Origin: Spirochaetia bacterium
GTDB taxonomy: Bacteria; Spirochaetota; Spirochaetia; SZUA-6; Bin103
Assembly: GCA_965203515.1 (NCBI GenBank)
Contig: OZ241907.1
Span: forward strand, 3,008,001-3,072,000
Length of the DNA stretch: 64,000 nt
Reading direction: 5' to 3'
Shown: positions 9,287 through 19,669 of the stretch, one piece after another
Numbering within the stretch: position 1 is the stretch's first letter
Layout of the letters: each line of letters starts with the position of its first letter
Translations under genes and position numbers: made by a program
Notes under the pieces: model-generated
Seen by the model: the letters and a program-made list of their open reading frames with translations, nothing else
Told to the model about the DNA's origin: nothing
Database searches by the model: none

Positions 9287-12200
9287 GCCGCATCGTCCCG
9301 CGCACCTGCACCGAGCTCCCGGCCGCGAACGCTGCCGCGGATGCGTCGCGCAGTCCGGCCAAGGCCGGTCAGCCTCTGGAGCGCTTCCGTTCCACCCCCG
9401 CCTACGTGTTGCTCGGCGACCCCGGCGCCGGCAAGACCACCGCCTTCAGGTGCGAGTGCGCGGCGTTGGGCGACGCAGCCTGTTACGTGACCGCACGCGA
9501 CTTCCTCACCTTCGCACCGGACGATCATCCCGAATGGCGGGGCAAGACGCTGTTCATCGACGGCCTGGACGAAAGCCGCGCCAGAACGCCGGACAAGCGC
9601 ACGCCGTTCGACCACATCCGCCGGCAGCTCGACAAGCTCGGAAGACCGCCCTTCCGCCTGTCCTGCCGCACGGCCGATTGGCTGGGCACGAACGACCGCC
9701 AGCATCTTGCTTCCGTCACGCCGCAACGCTCGGCGGTAACGGTCCTGCGGCTCGACCCGTTGACGGCCGACGATGCCAAGACAGTGCTGGCGGCTCGGCA
9801 GGGCATCACCGACCCCGATGCCTTCATCGGCGAAGCCGGAGCGCGCGGTCTCGATGGACTGCTGACCAATCCGCAGAGTCTGAGCCTGCTGGCGAGCGTG
9901 GTCGAACAGAACGGGACCTGGCCGCAGAGCCGGCGGCAGACCTTCGAGCGGGCGTGCCGGCAGTTGGCCGCCGAGCACAACCAGGAACACCGGGCCGCCG
10001 GGCAGCCGCCCGACGTGGGCGCTGCGCTGGACGCCGCCGGGCGTCTGTGCGCGATGCTCCTCATCACCGGCGGCGCCGGCTTCACGGCCGACCAGGATCA
10101 CCCGGACGGCGACTATCTGGACCCCGACGAGTGCGCGTCCGACCCCTGCGCCCCGCACGACCGGTACAACCGGACCGCGCTGCTGCAGGCGCTGTCCACC
10201 AAGCTGTTCGCAGCCGGGACCGAGCGGCGGTTCGTCCCGATCCACCGCCATCTGGCCGAGTTCCTTGGCGCCCGCCACTTGGCGCGGCTCATCGCCGACG
10301 GCCTCCCCGCGCGGCGCGTCCTGGCGCTGATCAGCGGCGAGGATGGCGGCGTGGTGACGGTGCTCCGCGGGTTGGCCGCGTGGCTGGCGACGCTCTGCAA
10401 GGTCGCCCGGCGGGACCTCATCGAGCGCGACCCGATCGGCGTCGTCCTGTACGGCGACGTTCACGACTTCACTACCGATGAGAAGCGCGCGCTCCTGGAA
10501 GCACTGAGGCGGGAGGCTGCGGGACTCGGGGACGCGTGGGCCGCCCCGGCGGTCAGCGCCCTGATCACTCCGGACCTGGAGCCGGTGCTCCGTGACGCCC
10601 TGAAGCCGCCCCTGGATGAACCGTTCTTCGCCTCGTTCGTGCTGTTGGCGCTCACTCACGGAACACCGATTCCGGAGTTCGCCGGATTCCTGCTGGAATT
10701 GGTATATCAACGCCATCGTTGGGTTCAATTTCCATCCTGGGCGCTGGACGCGTTCCTCCACAATTGCCCGGACCAAGACCGCAGAGACCGAACGCTCGAG
10801 CAGATCCTGGCCGACCTGAATGATGGCCGAATTTCCGACTGGAATAGCGAACTGCTCGGCACCGCGTTGACGGCGCTCTATCCCCGGCGCGTAACCGCTT
10901 CGAATATCTGGCAATATCTGCCGGCAACGAACCTCCGGCACCCTTTCGGACCAGGCTATAGCTTCTGGCGCCATCATCTGATCGAACGGTCCTCGGATTC
11001 GAATATCGAAGCCCTGCTGGATGCGCTCGTTACTCGACGCAACGACTTGATACCTGCATTGAAGCTTCTAGGGATGAAAAAGGTCCCGCTCATGCTGTTG
11101 GCATGCGGTGTCGAACGGCGCGGCGACACTTTGGATGCCGCTCGGCTCTGCGACTGGCTGAGTCTCGACATAAAACCAACAGCTCCGGGAAGGAACATCG
11201 CTGTACGACGTATCGGAACCTGGCTCGAACGACGTCCGCACAGGTTGAAGGAGATAATCGTCGAGACCGAACGCCGGTCTGCCGACCGTGCGAAGACCCC
11301 TCGTTCTCTAGTCGACAAAATCCGTCACGGAGCCGAGTTCCCACCTGACTACGGACTCTGGTGTCTGCAGCAGGCGGTGACCGCCACATCCCGGCCATGG
11401 ACCAGGTACTATCTCCGCCAATCCTGCGATGCGCTCGCTTGCAACACCCACCACCGCGGCCTGACCCTGGAAGTCATGTTCGAACGCACCGGGGATGCCC
11501 CCGTCGTTCGAAGGATACTTGAGCAGGAGATGCTCGTCTGCCGTGTTCGCGAGACATTGAAAGAAGACCTCCAGGAACAACAACGTTATCACCAAGAACA
11601 GGAGCGATACCATGGAGAGTGGATCGCATACGTGCGTTCCAACGTAGCTGAACTGCGTGCCGGAAGGGGTGCTCCAAAAGTGCTCTCTCTGATCTCAGTG
11701 GCATACTATGGCGTACTGTCAGAGGTTTCAGGAGACAGTCCCGAAGAACGGATCAGGAATCTCTTTCGAGACGAAGAATCATTGATCGAGGCGGCGTTTT
11801 CGGGCATCCGCGGCACCGTCAGCCGCGGCGACCTGCCGGGAATCGACCAGATCATCGAGAAGACGGGGAGCGATGAGGGGTTTCAGATCGGTCTCCCATT
11901 CCAGGCAGCTCTGGACCTCGAACCGGAGCGCCGGCTGAATGACCGGCAGGCGAGGCAGGCGCTTGCGTTCCATTACAGTACTCCTCCTGCGCTGCGCCCG
12001 CGGACCCAAAGTCCCGAATGGTACCGTACTCTGCTGGCGCGGGATCCAGCGACTGTCGCCGACGTGCTCGTCAAATGCGTCGCCGCCGGGCTCCGCAACG
12101 GCACGCAGGATGCCTCCCTCGTCCATCTGCTACTCGAGGAGGATCACGCCGGCGTGGCACGCCTTGCCGCGTTGCCGTCGCTGCGGAGATTTCCCCTGCG

Positions 12201-13335
12201 TTGTACGGTGCCACAGCTCCGAATTCTGGATTGCTTGCTCCATGCTGCCCTGCGGTACGTCGATAGATTGCGCTTTCAGGAATTGATTGCGGAACGGTTG
12301 TCCCGAAGGAGCATGACCGTCGCCCAACGGGTCCACTGGCTGGCTCTGGGCGTCACCGCGACCTCCGATACCTATCTGGAGCAATTGCAACAACTCGTGC
12401 AGCGCCGAGAGCAGCGCATCACGCATCTGGTGAATTTCCTCGCGACCGCGCGGCCCGACATCGAACGACTGCGGGCGCCGGCGCTGAAGTACCTGATCGG
12501 TCTGCTCGGAAGCACCGTCGGCCGTTGGACGGCGCGTGACTCCGACCCTCAATCAATGAGGTCTGACAGCGCGTCGTCATGCGTCGATCAGATGATACAA
12601 CGACTCGCCATCCTGCCGGAACCGGAAGCCGGCGCCGCGCTGGATGAGCTGGCGTCAGATACCGCGCTTTCCTTCTGGCATGCTACCTTGCATCAGGCTG
12701 GAGACCGGCACCGCGTACTCCGGCGCGACGCCGGCTATCGACACCCCGACGCCGAGCAGGTCCGTAGTACGCTGCGCAACGGCCCACCCGCCAACCCCGG
12801 CGATCTGGCCGCACTGATTACCGATCGGATAGACGAGCTCGCGGGCCGGATACGGACCGCAAACACCGACGACTGGCGCCAGTATTGGAACCTCGATCAA
12901 TACGAACGACCTTGTGGACCGAAGCCCGAAAACTCGTGCAGAGACGCGCTGCTGTCCGATCTGCGACAAATCCTGCCACCCGAGGTCGACGCCCAGCCGG
13001 AGGGAGCATACGCCAATGACAGACGATCTGACGTGCGGATTGGCTGCCGCGGCTTCCACGTCCCGGTAGAAGCCAAGAGAAACTCGCATCGCGACTTGTG
13101 GAGCGCAATCCGCCGCCAGTTGATCGAGCAATACGCCAATGATCCGGCAACCGGAGGATACGGTATCTACCTCGTGTTCTGGTTTGAGACCAAGGGCACT
13201 CCACGGCCGCCCGACGGTGGGGCTGCTCCGAACCGCCCTGACGCGCTTCGAGAGCGATTGGAAGCATTGCTGACGGAGGACGAGCGGCGCCGGATCTCGG
13301 TGCGCGTGATCGACGTCAGCGCGCCGCCCCGATGA
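9283..13335 (+). CDS. Large STAND/NACHT-like NTPase with C-terminal PD-(D/E)xK nuclease domain (putative antiphage protein, 1350 aa)
   Basis: ATG 9283 in ATGA overlap with the upstream stop; LLGDPGAGKTT, LFIDGLDE, LSCR, NPQSL, FVPIHRHLAEFLGA; C-terminal QPEG..RRSDVRI..VPVEAKR..QLIEQY..GYGIYLVFWF. Confidence 0.8.
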   Translation: MSRIVPRTCTELPAANAAADASRSPAKAGQPLERFRSTPAYVLLGDPGAGKTTAFRCECAALGDAACYVTARDFLTFAPDDHPEWRGKTLFIDGLDESRARTPDKRTPFDHIRRQLDKLGRPPFRLSCRTADWLGTNDRQHLASVTPQRSAVTVLRLDPLTADDAKTVLAARQGITDPDAFIGEAGARGLDGLLTNPQSLSLLASVVEQNGTWPQSRRQTFERACRQLAAEHNQEHRAAGQPPDVGAALDAAGRLCAMLLITGGAGFTADQDHPDGDYLDPDECASDPCAPHDRYNRTALLQALSTKLFAAGTERRFVPIHRHLAEFLGARHLARLIADGLPARRVLALISGEDGGVVTVLRGLAAWLATLCKVARRDLIERDPIGVVLYGDVHDFTTDEKRALLEALRREAAGLGDAWAAPAVSALITPDLEPVLRDALKPPLDEPFFASFVLLALTHGTPIPEFAGFLLELVYQRHRWVQFPSWALDAFLHNCPDQDRRDRTLEQILADLNDGRISDWNSELLGTALTALYPRRVTASNIWQYLPATNLRHPFGPGYSFWRHHLIERSSDSNIEALLDALVTRRNDLIPALKLLGMKKVPLMLLACGVERRGDTLDAARLCDWLSLDIKPTAPGRNIAVRRIGTWLERRPHRLKEIIVETERRSADRAKTPRSLVDKIRHGAEFPPDYGLWCLQQAVTATSRPWTRYYLRQSCDALACNTHHRGLTLEVMFERTGDAPVVRRILEQEMLVCRVRETLKEDLQEQQRYHQEQERYHGEWIAYVRSNVAELRAGRGAPKVLSLISVAYYGVLSEVSGDSPEERIRNLFRDEESLIEAAFSGIRGTVSRGDLPGIDQIIEKTGSDEGFQIGLPFQAALDLEPERRLNDRQARQALAFHYSTPPALRPRTQSPEWYRTLLARDPATVADVLVKCVAAGLRNGTQDASLVHLLLEEDHAGVARLAALPSLRRFPLRCTVPQLRILDCLLHAALRYVDRLRFQELIAERLSRRSMTVAQRVHWLALGVTATSDTYLEQLQQLVQRREQRITHLVNFLATARPDIERLRAPALKYLIGLLGSTVGRWTARDSDPQSMRSDSASSCVDQMIQRLAILPEPEAGAALDELASDTALSFWHATLHQAGDRHRVLRRDAGYRHPDAEQVRSTLRNGPPANPGDLAALITDRIDELAGRIRTANTDDWRQYWNLDQYERPCGPKPENSCRDALLSDLRQILPPEVDAQPEGAYANDRRSDVRIGCRGFHVPVEAKRNSHRDLWSAIRRQLIEQYANDPATGGYGIYLVFWFETKGTPRPPDGGAAPNRPDALRERLEALLTEDERRRISVRVIDVSAPPR

Positions 13336-13352
13336 CCGGCCGGCAGGCGGCT

Positions 13353-16069
13353 TCAGTGCTCGGCTTCCCGGTCCTGCCATCCCCGCGCCAGGGTTCGCGT
13401 CCTGGCGGCGTCGTCCAGTACGCGGGCGCATGACTCCCAGTCGACGGGTCTGACTTCGCGGTAGCGCAGCTCGAAGGGGTGCTGCCGCGGCACGGCGTCG
13501 ATGGTCCGCCGCGCCTGTTCGGCCTGCCCCAGCGCGACCTGTACCCAGACGTCTTCGAGCGTGTCCGGCAACTGGCCGAACAGCCGGGAGATCCATTCCA
13601 GGCGCTCGGACAGCAGCTCGTGCACGCGATCCTCCACCGAGCCGGCGTAGCGCAGGTTGTAGACGTCGACTTCGGAGCGGACCTGCCCGATGCGTTGAAT
13701 GCGCCCCTTGCGTTGTTCGAGGCGGGACGGGTTCCACGGCAGGTCGAGGTTGATCAGCGACCCCAGGCGCTGCAGGTTCAACCCTTCCGAGGCGGCCTCC
13801 GTACCGAGCAGCAGCCGCACTTCGCCGCGGCGCACGGCGTCCTTCAACTCGTCCCGCGGCGCGCGGTCGAAGCGGCCGCCGCGCATCACGCCGGAACGGT
13901 CCGCGCCGGCGTAGATGCCGATCGCTTCGTCCGGCAGCTCGCGCGCGAGCCGGCCGGCAAGCCATCGAACCGAGTCGTAGTACTGGCTGAAGACGATGCA
14001 GCCCCGCTCCAGCCAGCCGTCGTCCACCAGCAGGCGCCGCACCACGGCGAGCTTGGGGTCCAGCTCGCGGTTCGCTTCCAGCGCCTGGGTGAGCCGCAGC
14101 AGCGCGCCGCGTTCCTCATCGGTCAGCGCGCGGAGCCGGTCGGCGCCGGCGGCGCCGTCTTCGTCATCCTCATCGTCATCCCGGTCGCCGGCGCGCGCCG
14201 GCCAGCCGGCGAGCAGCCGGGACGCGGTGAGGCGCCCCGCTTCGATCGTGCTGCCGATGCGGCGCAACAGCATGGTGCGGACGAACCCGGCGGCGGCGCG
14301 CGCCGCGAGCAGCCGGCAGAACTCCTCGGCGCGTTCGTAGGCATCGGCCAGGAACGGCGGCAGCGCGACCGCATCGGCCGCCGCGTCGCCGTGCAGCCGC
14401 ACGCGCACCGGCGTGAGATATGGCTCGCCGGTCTCCGCATCGATGGTCGTTTCGAGATACTCGCGGGTGCGCCGGACGATGCCGCGCAGGTAGGGGTTGT
14501 GGCGCTCCAGGAACCGCCCGAACCCGTCGTCGACACGCTGCCGGTCCGCGGGACGCAATCGGTCGGCCGCGCTGCCCGGCGCATAGGCGTGCTCGTCGGA
14601 CAGCGCCAGCGAGCGGCGCAGAATCTCGAAGTCGGTCCCTTCCGCGCGCGGCGGCAGCGGATTGCGCAGCCAGTCCCACCGCTCGTGGAAGTCGGCCGGC
14701 GGCGGCGCCTTCCCCAGGAGCAGGTCGAGCGACGCCTGCGGCTGCCGCCAACGGCTGCCGGCCGACCCCAGCACCGCGTCCGACCCCTGCGCCAGCGCGT
14801 CCAGCAGGTCGAACGCCTCGATGGGATCGAGCTGCACCGGGGTGGCGGTGGCGAGCAGCATGCTCCTGGTGCGCGGCGAGATGCGCCGCAGAAAGCGCAA
14901 CAGGTTGTTCGCCCGGCCCGCGGCCGGCCCGCCCGCGGCGCGCCGGCCCGGTTGGCGCCGGGCGCGGTGCGCTTCGTCCAGGATCACGCACTCGAAGCGC
15001 AGGGCGGCAAGCCGCTCCACCGCTTCGGAACCGCGCGTGATCAACCCGGTGGAGACGATGCCGATGCGGCGCGGGCAGCGCCGGATCGACTCGTCGCCGG
15101 CGCCGGGATGCTCGACGCCGCGCTCGTCCACCCACTGGCGGCCGTCCCACACCGCCGACGGCACGCCGAGCAGCGTCTGGAGCTCGTCTGCCACTGGCGC
15201 AGTAGCGGCTTGGGGGCGAGCACCAGCACCGGCCGGTCGCCTGCCAGCGCCATGAGCTGCGCCGCCAGCGCCAGTTGCACGGTCTTGCCCAGGCCGACCT
15301 GATCGGCCAGCACGAAGCGCGCGCCGTGCGGGCCGCGGTGCGCGTCGAAGGCCAGCTTCACGAAGTGCTTCTGATGCTCCCAGAGCCCCACCTCCTGGCG
15401 GTAGACCGGCGCTTCGACCACGACCGCGGCGGGATCGGGCGCCTCCCGCCAGTGCTCCACCTCCGCTACCGACTCACGGCGGGAGAGCCGCTCCAGGTCC
15501 CGGATCACGAAGTCGGCGAGCCGCACCGCCGAGGGCGACGACCAGAGCGCGTCGAACTCCTCCTGCACCCACTCCACCGAATCGGGCGAGTCGTCCTCCC
15601 AGATCAGCTCGTAGTTGAGCCGGAACGCCGCCCCGGTTTCGTTCGCGCTGCCGAGGAACGAGACGCGCCGCCCGTCGGCCAGCGTCACCACGCCCGCCTT
15701 GCCGTGGATCAGGCCGAAGGCGTCGTCCGGCAGCACGCGAATCTCGACCGCGCCGGAGCGCAGCCACTCGTAGAGCCGCTTGCAGCGCGGCTTGGCCGCA
15801 GCGCCCAACCGTTCCGGGCGCGAAGCGCACCATTCGCGGCGCATGGCCTGCTGCGCCGCCTTGGCGGCCTCCACGTCCTCCGGCGCGAGCGCCGAGTTGC
15901 AGATCACGCGTACCGGGCCGCGCACGCTCTCCAGCGCCTCCCCGGCGACTTCCAGGATCGACGCGGAGAAGTACCCGGCGATGCGGTCGTAGCTGCGGGC
16001 GCCGGCGAGCCGGGCGTTCAGGAACCCGGCGTCGAGCCGCCGGCGGCGGGACGAGTAGCGCTTCAGCAT
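13353..16069 (-). pseudogene. PLD-like nuclease-SNF2 helicase of the DUF499/DUF3780/DUF1156 restriction-like system, split by a 1-bp frameshift near 15188 (true lesion or sequencing error)
   Basis: 5' part: YDRIAGYF, LIHGKAG, GSANET, LADQVGLGKT; 3' part in another frame: ILDEAH, LATATP, VFSQY, SEGLNLQ, LPWNPSRLEQRKGRIQRIGQ; one extra G in TGGCAG^ACGAG restores WQDELQ and a 905-aa protein. Confidence 0.85.
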
Positions 16070-16082
16070 CGCGGCGCGGCGG

Positions 16083-16751
16083 TCAGGGAGCGGCGGGAAA
16101 CGTCAGGAACGCGTGGTGCAGCTCGATCGACGGCCGCGCCGGCCGGGGATGGCTGCTGCTGCGCGCCCACGCCTCGGCCAGCACCGTGCAGGAGTCCAGG
16201 CATTCGGCGGCGCGACCGCGTTCCGACAGGTACCGGTTGATGCGCCGGATCACGGCGTCGACGCCGCCGGACAACACGTACCCGGCCATGAACGCCACCC
16301 GGTGCCGGCCCGCGTACTTGGCGCTGATGAAGCGGTCGTCGATCCCGTCGACGACGTAGCGCCGGCACAGTGTTGCGTCATTCCCCGCAACCCGCTTGCA
16401 TTCGATTATCGCGTGAGGGTCGTGGGCGTCGTAAACTTCGCGAATCTCTTGGAAGAGGATCGGAATGTCGGTTCGTCCGTCCGGCTTCAAGGCCGCGCTG
16501 GAACGAGACTCGGCGCCGGGGAGAATGGTCATCTTCTTGGCCCATTTGCCGATCTGGTCCTTCAGCGCCCGTCGCATGCCCATGCGCAGGCACTCCGTGA
16601 TCTCGACTTCACCGTCCCGCGCACTGACCATGTCGAGCTGCATCGCATAACCCCAGCCCATACTCAGAATCGACAGCACCGCGATACTGCGCTCAGGCCC
16701 GATGTCGACGAACCTTGGGCCAACATCCTCGGGGAACGAACCAGCAGTCAC
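16083..16751 (-). CDS. Small PD-(D/E)xK-type nuclease-like protein
   Basis: GTGA overlap with the methylase stop; GRTDI...IIECKR motif, YVVDGI.RF...KYA, MAGYV. Confidence 0.7.
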   Translation of the reverse strand: MTAGSFPEDVGPRFVDIGPERSIAVLSILSMGWGYAMQLDMVSARDGEVEITECLRMGMRRALKDQIGKWAKKMTILPGAESRSSAALKPDGRTDIPILFQEIREVYDAHDPHAIIECKRVAGNDATLCRRYVVDGIDDRFISAKYAGRHRVAFMAGYVLSGGVDAVIRRINRYLSERGRAAECLDSCTVLAEAWARSSSHPRPARPSIELHHAFLTFPAAP

Positions 16752-19669
16752 GACCGGCTTGTGTATACGCTGGCGCTCACTACACCATCAGCATCTTCCA
16801 GCGCGTGAACGGGCAACCAGTTGCGGCGCGCCGCCGGTTTGATGATCGTCACCTCGTCCTCGGCATGGACGCGCAGGTGGCGGAGTCCAACCAGTTCCTT
16901 GCTGATTTGCACGCTGGTCCGTTCGCCGATCCGGGCCAGGACCTCGCTCAATTCCCCCTTCGGGGTGATGACCTTGATCTCTTCCGACGGACCCGGCCCC
17001 TCCTCCAGTATGAAACGGATGACCCGAAGCGGCGCGTCGTCCGGCAATCGATAAATCTCGGCCCGCAGGTGTCTGCGTTTCCCGGCGGACAGCCAGGCGT
17101 CCATCGTCCACAGGAACGCGCCCGCATACGCCCGCAGGTCGGCCTCATCGGCTGGGGCGACCGAGTGCAGCTTTCCCGCCTGCCACTGCCAGCTTGCCCG
17201 ATACAGCCCGTCCCGTACGACGATGCGATCCTCGTCGTCCAACCCATACAGATCGAATACCGCGTCGTCGAGCGACCGCCAATCGCCGTCATCCGGGGCC
17301 TGACGATGGAAGTGACGTACCAGCCGTATGACACGCTTCCCGGCTGCGGAGTCCAGGGACTTCTCAAGATTGGGAGTCGGCAAGGCATCCAGGTCCGCTC
17401 TCATCACTCGACGCATCCATATTCCGAACGCCGATCCAGCCATCAGACAGTACCAAGTCGCCATCGCCGATCCAAGGATTCCCGCCAGAAGGTACGCGAA
17501 TTCGAGATTGTCGTCGCCGAACGACACTCCAAAGCAGGCGTCCGTGTATACCGTATCCCGCTCCGTGACCGCCACGACCGGACGTGGATGTCCTTGCACC
17601 AAGAACTCCTTGATGAGTACGAGCGGAGCACGATACACCGCCAGCGCTCGTGGGCGCTCGGCCCGGGAGTGGTCGAAAGCAGGACGCTCTCCGCCCATGC
17701 TGTAGTGGCCAATGGTCCCCGGCCCTGCGAATGGCAGTCCATTGAGGGAGGTGGCGTCTCGCGAGCGATTTCCGAACTTCAAACCGGCTCGCAACCCTGT
17801 ACCGAGCGCGGCAAGCTGGTTCTTGAGCGGCTGAGTGTTGTCCCACAGATCGTCGAGCAACAGCAGGTCGTGGCGGTTGCCGTGGAACGCCGCCTTGAAC
17901 AATGCCGGGTTGCGCTTCCAACTGGCCAGGGGAAGCGTCGTGACGTCGCTTGGCGCGATTTCGATGGTATGGCTGCGCTCACCGGCCGGCGACCAGCGGG
18001 CCTGCACCAGCGTCATCCGGTCCGGTTGCCGGTCGTCATGACGCGACAGCACCGCCATGGCCGGCATGTCGGCCCGCGGAAACAGCCACTTCGACAGATC
18101 CGACAGGTTTACCAGCGTCAAGGGGCCGAGCGACTCGACCAGGCTCTGCGCGGCCGCCAGACCGGTAGCGCTCCGGCTGAAGAACGGCGTGGCGCTCACG
18201 ATCATGCCGAATCTGGTCCGGTCGTGGGCAAGCTCCATGGCGCGCCGCACGAAGTCCAGGCTCTGGCCGCGCGGCGACCGAGGCACGTCCGGAGCGCGCC
18301 GGCGGCGCGCGACGGTACCCGCCCGTCCCTGATGGCTCCACGGCGGATTGCCGACGATCACGTCGAACTTGGCCGGTCCCAGGTCGACGTCGAATGCATC
18401 GCCGGCCCTCAGCGTGCGGCCTGTCAGCGGCTCGAACCTGACGCCGTCGGCGGCGCGCGGATCGGGATCGAGCTCCAAGGCCGCCAGATAGAGGCTGAAC
18501 GCGGCGATGCTCACCGCCTCGGCGCTGAGGTCCACGCCGTATATCTGTTCGTGCAGCGTCCGGCGGATCGCCTCACGGGTCGGGACGCCGCCGTTGCACT
18601 TGAGATACACCAGCCGGCGCAGCGCCTCGACCAGAAAGACGCCGGAACCGCAGGTCAGGTCGAGGACCCGTTCGATTCCGGTGAGGCCGGCGAACACTTC
18701 GTCCAATACCAGGGAAACGGCGGCGAGCGGCGTATAGTGCACGTCGGCCTGCTGTTCCGTCGGCCCGGCGGAGTGGACGAATTGCTCGTATATGGCGCTG
18801 ATCAGCTCCACCGGTATGACGTCGAAGCGGTAGGGAAACAGGGACTGTTGGCCGGTTGCCGGGTCGGTCGCCGTGAGGAAGTGGCGCACGCGGCCGAGAT
18901 GCTTGGCGGAGGGAACCGGCGCCCCTTCCGGAAACATGTCGCCGTTGAAGGTGTCGCGCAGCCAGTCGAACAACCGCGCGGTTGCCGCGCGATCCTGCAG
19001 CACGCTTGGAAACTCGCCGTTCCCGCTGATCCGCTCCAACCGCTCCTCGTCCACGATCCGCCGGTCGATCAGGTACTGGGTGAAGATCGATCGGCCGATG
19101 AGCGCCTGCGCCTCCCCGCCGGCAAGTCCGGAATTCTCCAGGTCGCTTTTGAGCGCGGCAAGATCGTCGAGCAACCGGCGGTCGACCGCCGACGCGCGGT
19201 CTATCGCCGGCCGCTGCCGCCAGAACTGTCCGGTCTCCATGCGCAGCCGTCCGGCCAACCGGTCGAGCCGCGCCAGCTCATGGTCTACGAAGCGAAAGGT
19301 GTCGAGACGGTTCTCCTCGGCGTCGGCGGACCGCCGGGGCAGGCCGAAGCCGTTGTAGAGGTCGATGCGGTCCGGGGAGACCAGCCACAGCAGCGGGCAG
19401 AAGCCCTGGTTCCAGACCTCCTGCTGCCATTCCGCCACCGGCGCGGCGTCCGGTTCGGCGACAAACTTGAAGTAGACCTTGAGATCGGCGCTGCCGTGCT
19501 GGATGGTCGCGTACGGATTGCTCCGCCACCACGCGTCGGGGGCGAACGACGGAGGGCGCGCCAGATCGCCGGCGCCGGCCAGGCGGACGCTGGCCGCCGC
19601 CGGCGCGCCGGCGTTCAGGTAGCCGGTCCGTTCCAGCACGTGGCGCAGGGGGGCGGCCAGCTCAGACAT
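16748..19669 (-). CDS. N6-adenine DNA methyltransferase (type IIG/HsdM-like, 973 aa)
   Basis: IPVELISAIYEQF, VHYTP, VLDLTCGSGVFL (SAM binding), IYGVD, VIVGNPPW (catalytic), C-terminal TRD-like region. Confidence 0.88.
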   Translation of the reverse strand: MSELAAPLRHVLERTGYLNAGAPAAASVRLAGAGDLARPPSFAPDAWWRSNPYATIQHGSADLKVYFKFVAEPDAAPVAEWQQEVWNQGFCPLLWLVSPDRIDLYNGFGLPRRSADAEENRLDTFRFVDHELARLDRLAGRLRMETGQFWRQRPAIDRASAVDRRLLDDLAALKSDLENSGLAGGEAQALIGRSIFTQYLIDRRIVDEERLERISGNGEFPSVLQDRAATARLFDWLRDTFNGDMFPEGAPVPSAKHLGRVRHFLTATDPATGQQSLFPYRFDVIPVELISAIYEQFVHSAGPTEQQADVHYTPLAAVSLVLDEVFAGLTGIERVLDLTCGSGVFLVEALRRLVYLKCNGGVPTREAIRRTLHEQIYGVDLSAEAVSIAAFSLYLAALELDPDPRAADGVRFEPLTGRTLRAGDAFDVDLGPAKFDVIVGNPPWSHQGRAGTVARRRRAPDVPRSPRGQSLDFVRRAMELAHDRTRFGMIVSATPFFSRSATGLAAAQSLVESLGPLTLVNLSDLSKWLFPRADMPAMAVLSRHDDRQPDRMTLVQARWSPAGERSHTIEIAPSDVTTLPLASWKRNPALFKAAFHGNRHDLLLLDDLWDNTQPLKNQLAALGTGLRAGLKFGNRSRDATSLNGLPFAGPGTIGHYSMGGERPAFDHSRAERPRALAVYRAPLVLIKEFLVQGHPRPVVAVTERDTVYTDACFGVSFGDDNLEFAYLLAGILGSAMATWYCLMAGSAFGIWMRRVMRADLDALPTPNLEKSLDSAAGKRVIRLVRHFHRQAPDDGDWRSLDDAVFDLYGLDDEDRIVVRDGLYRASWQWQAGKLHSVAPADEADLRAYAGAFLWTMDAWLSAGKRRHLRAEIYRLPDDAPLRVIRFILEEGPGPSEEIKVITPKGELSEVLARIGERTSVQISKELVGLRHLRVHAEDEVTIIKPAARRNWLPVHALEDADGVVSASVYTSRS

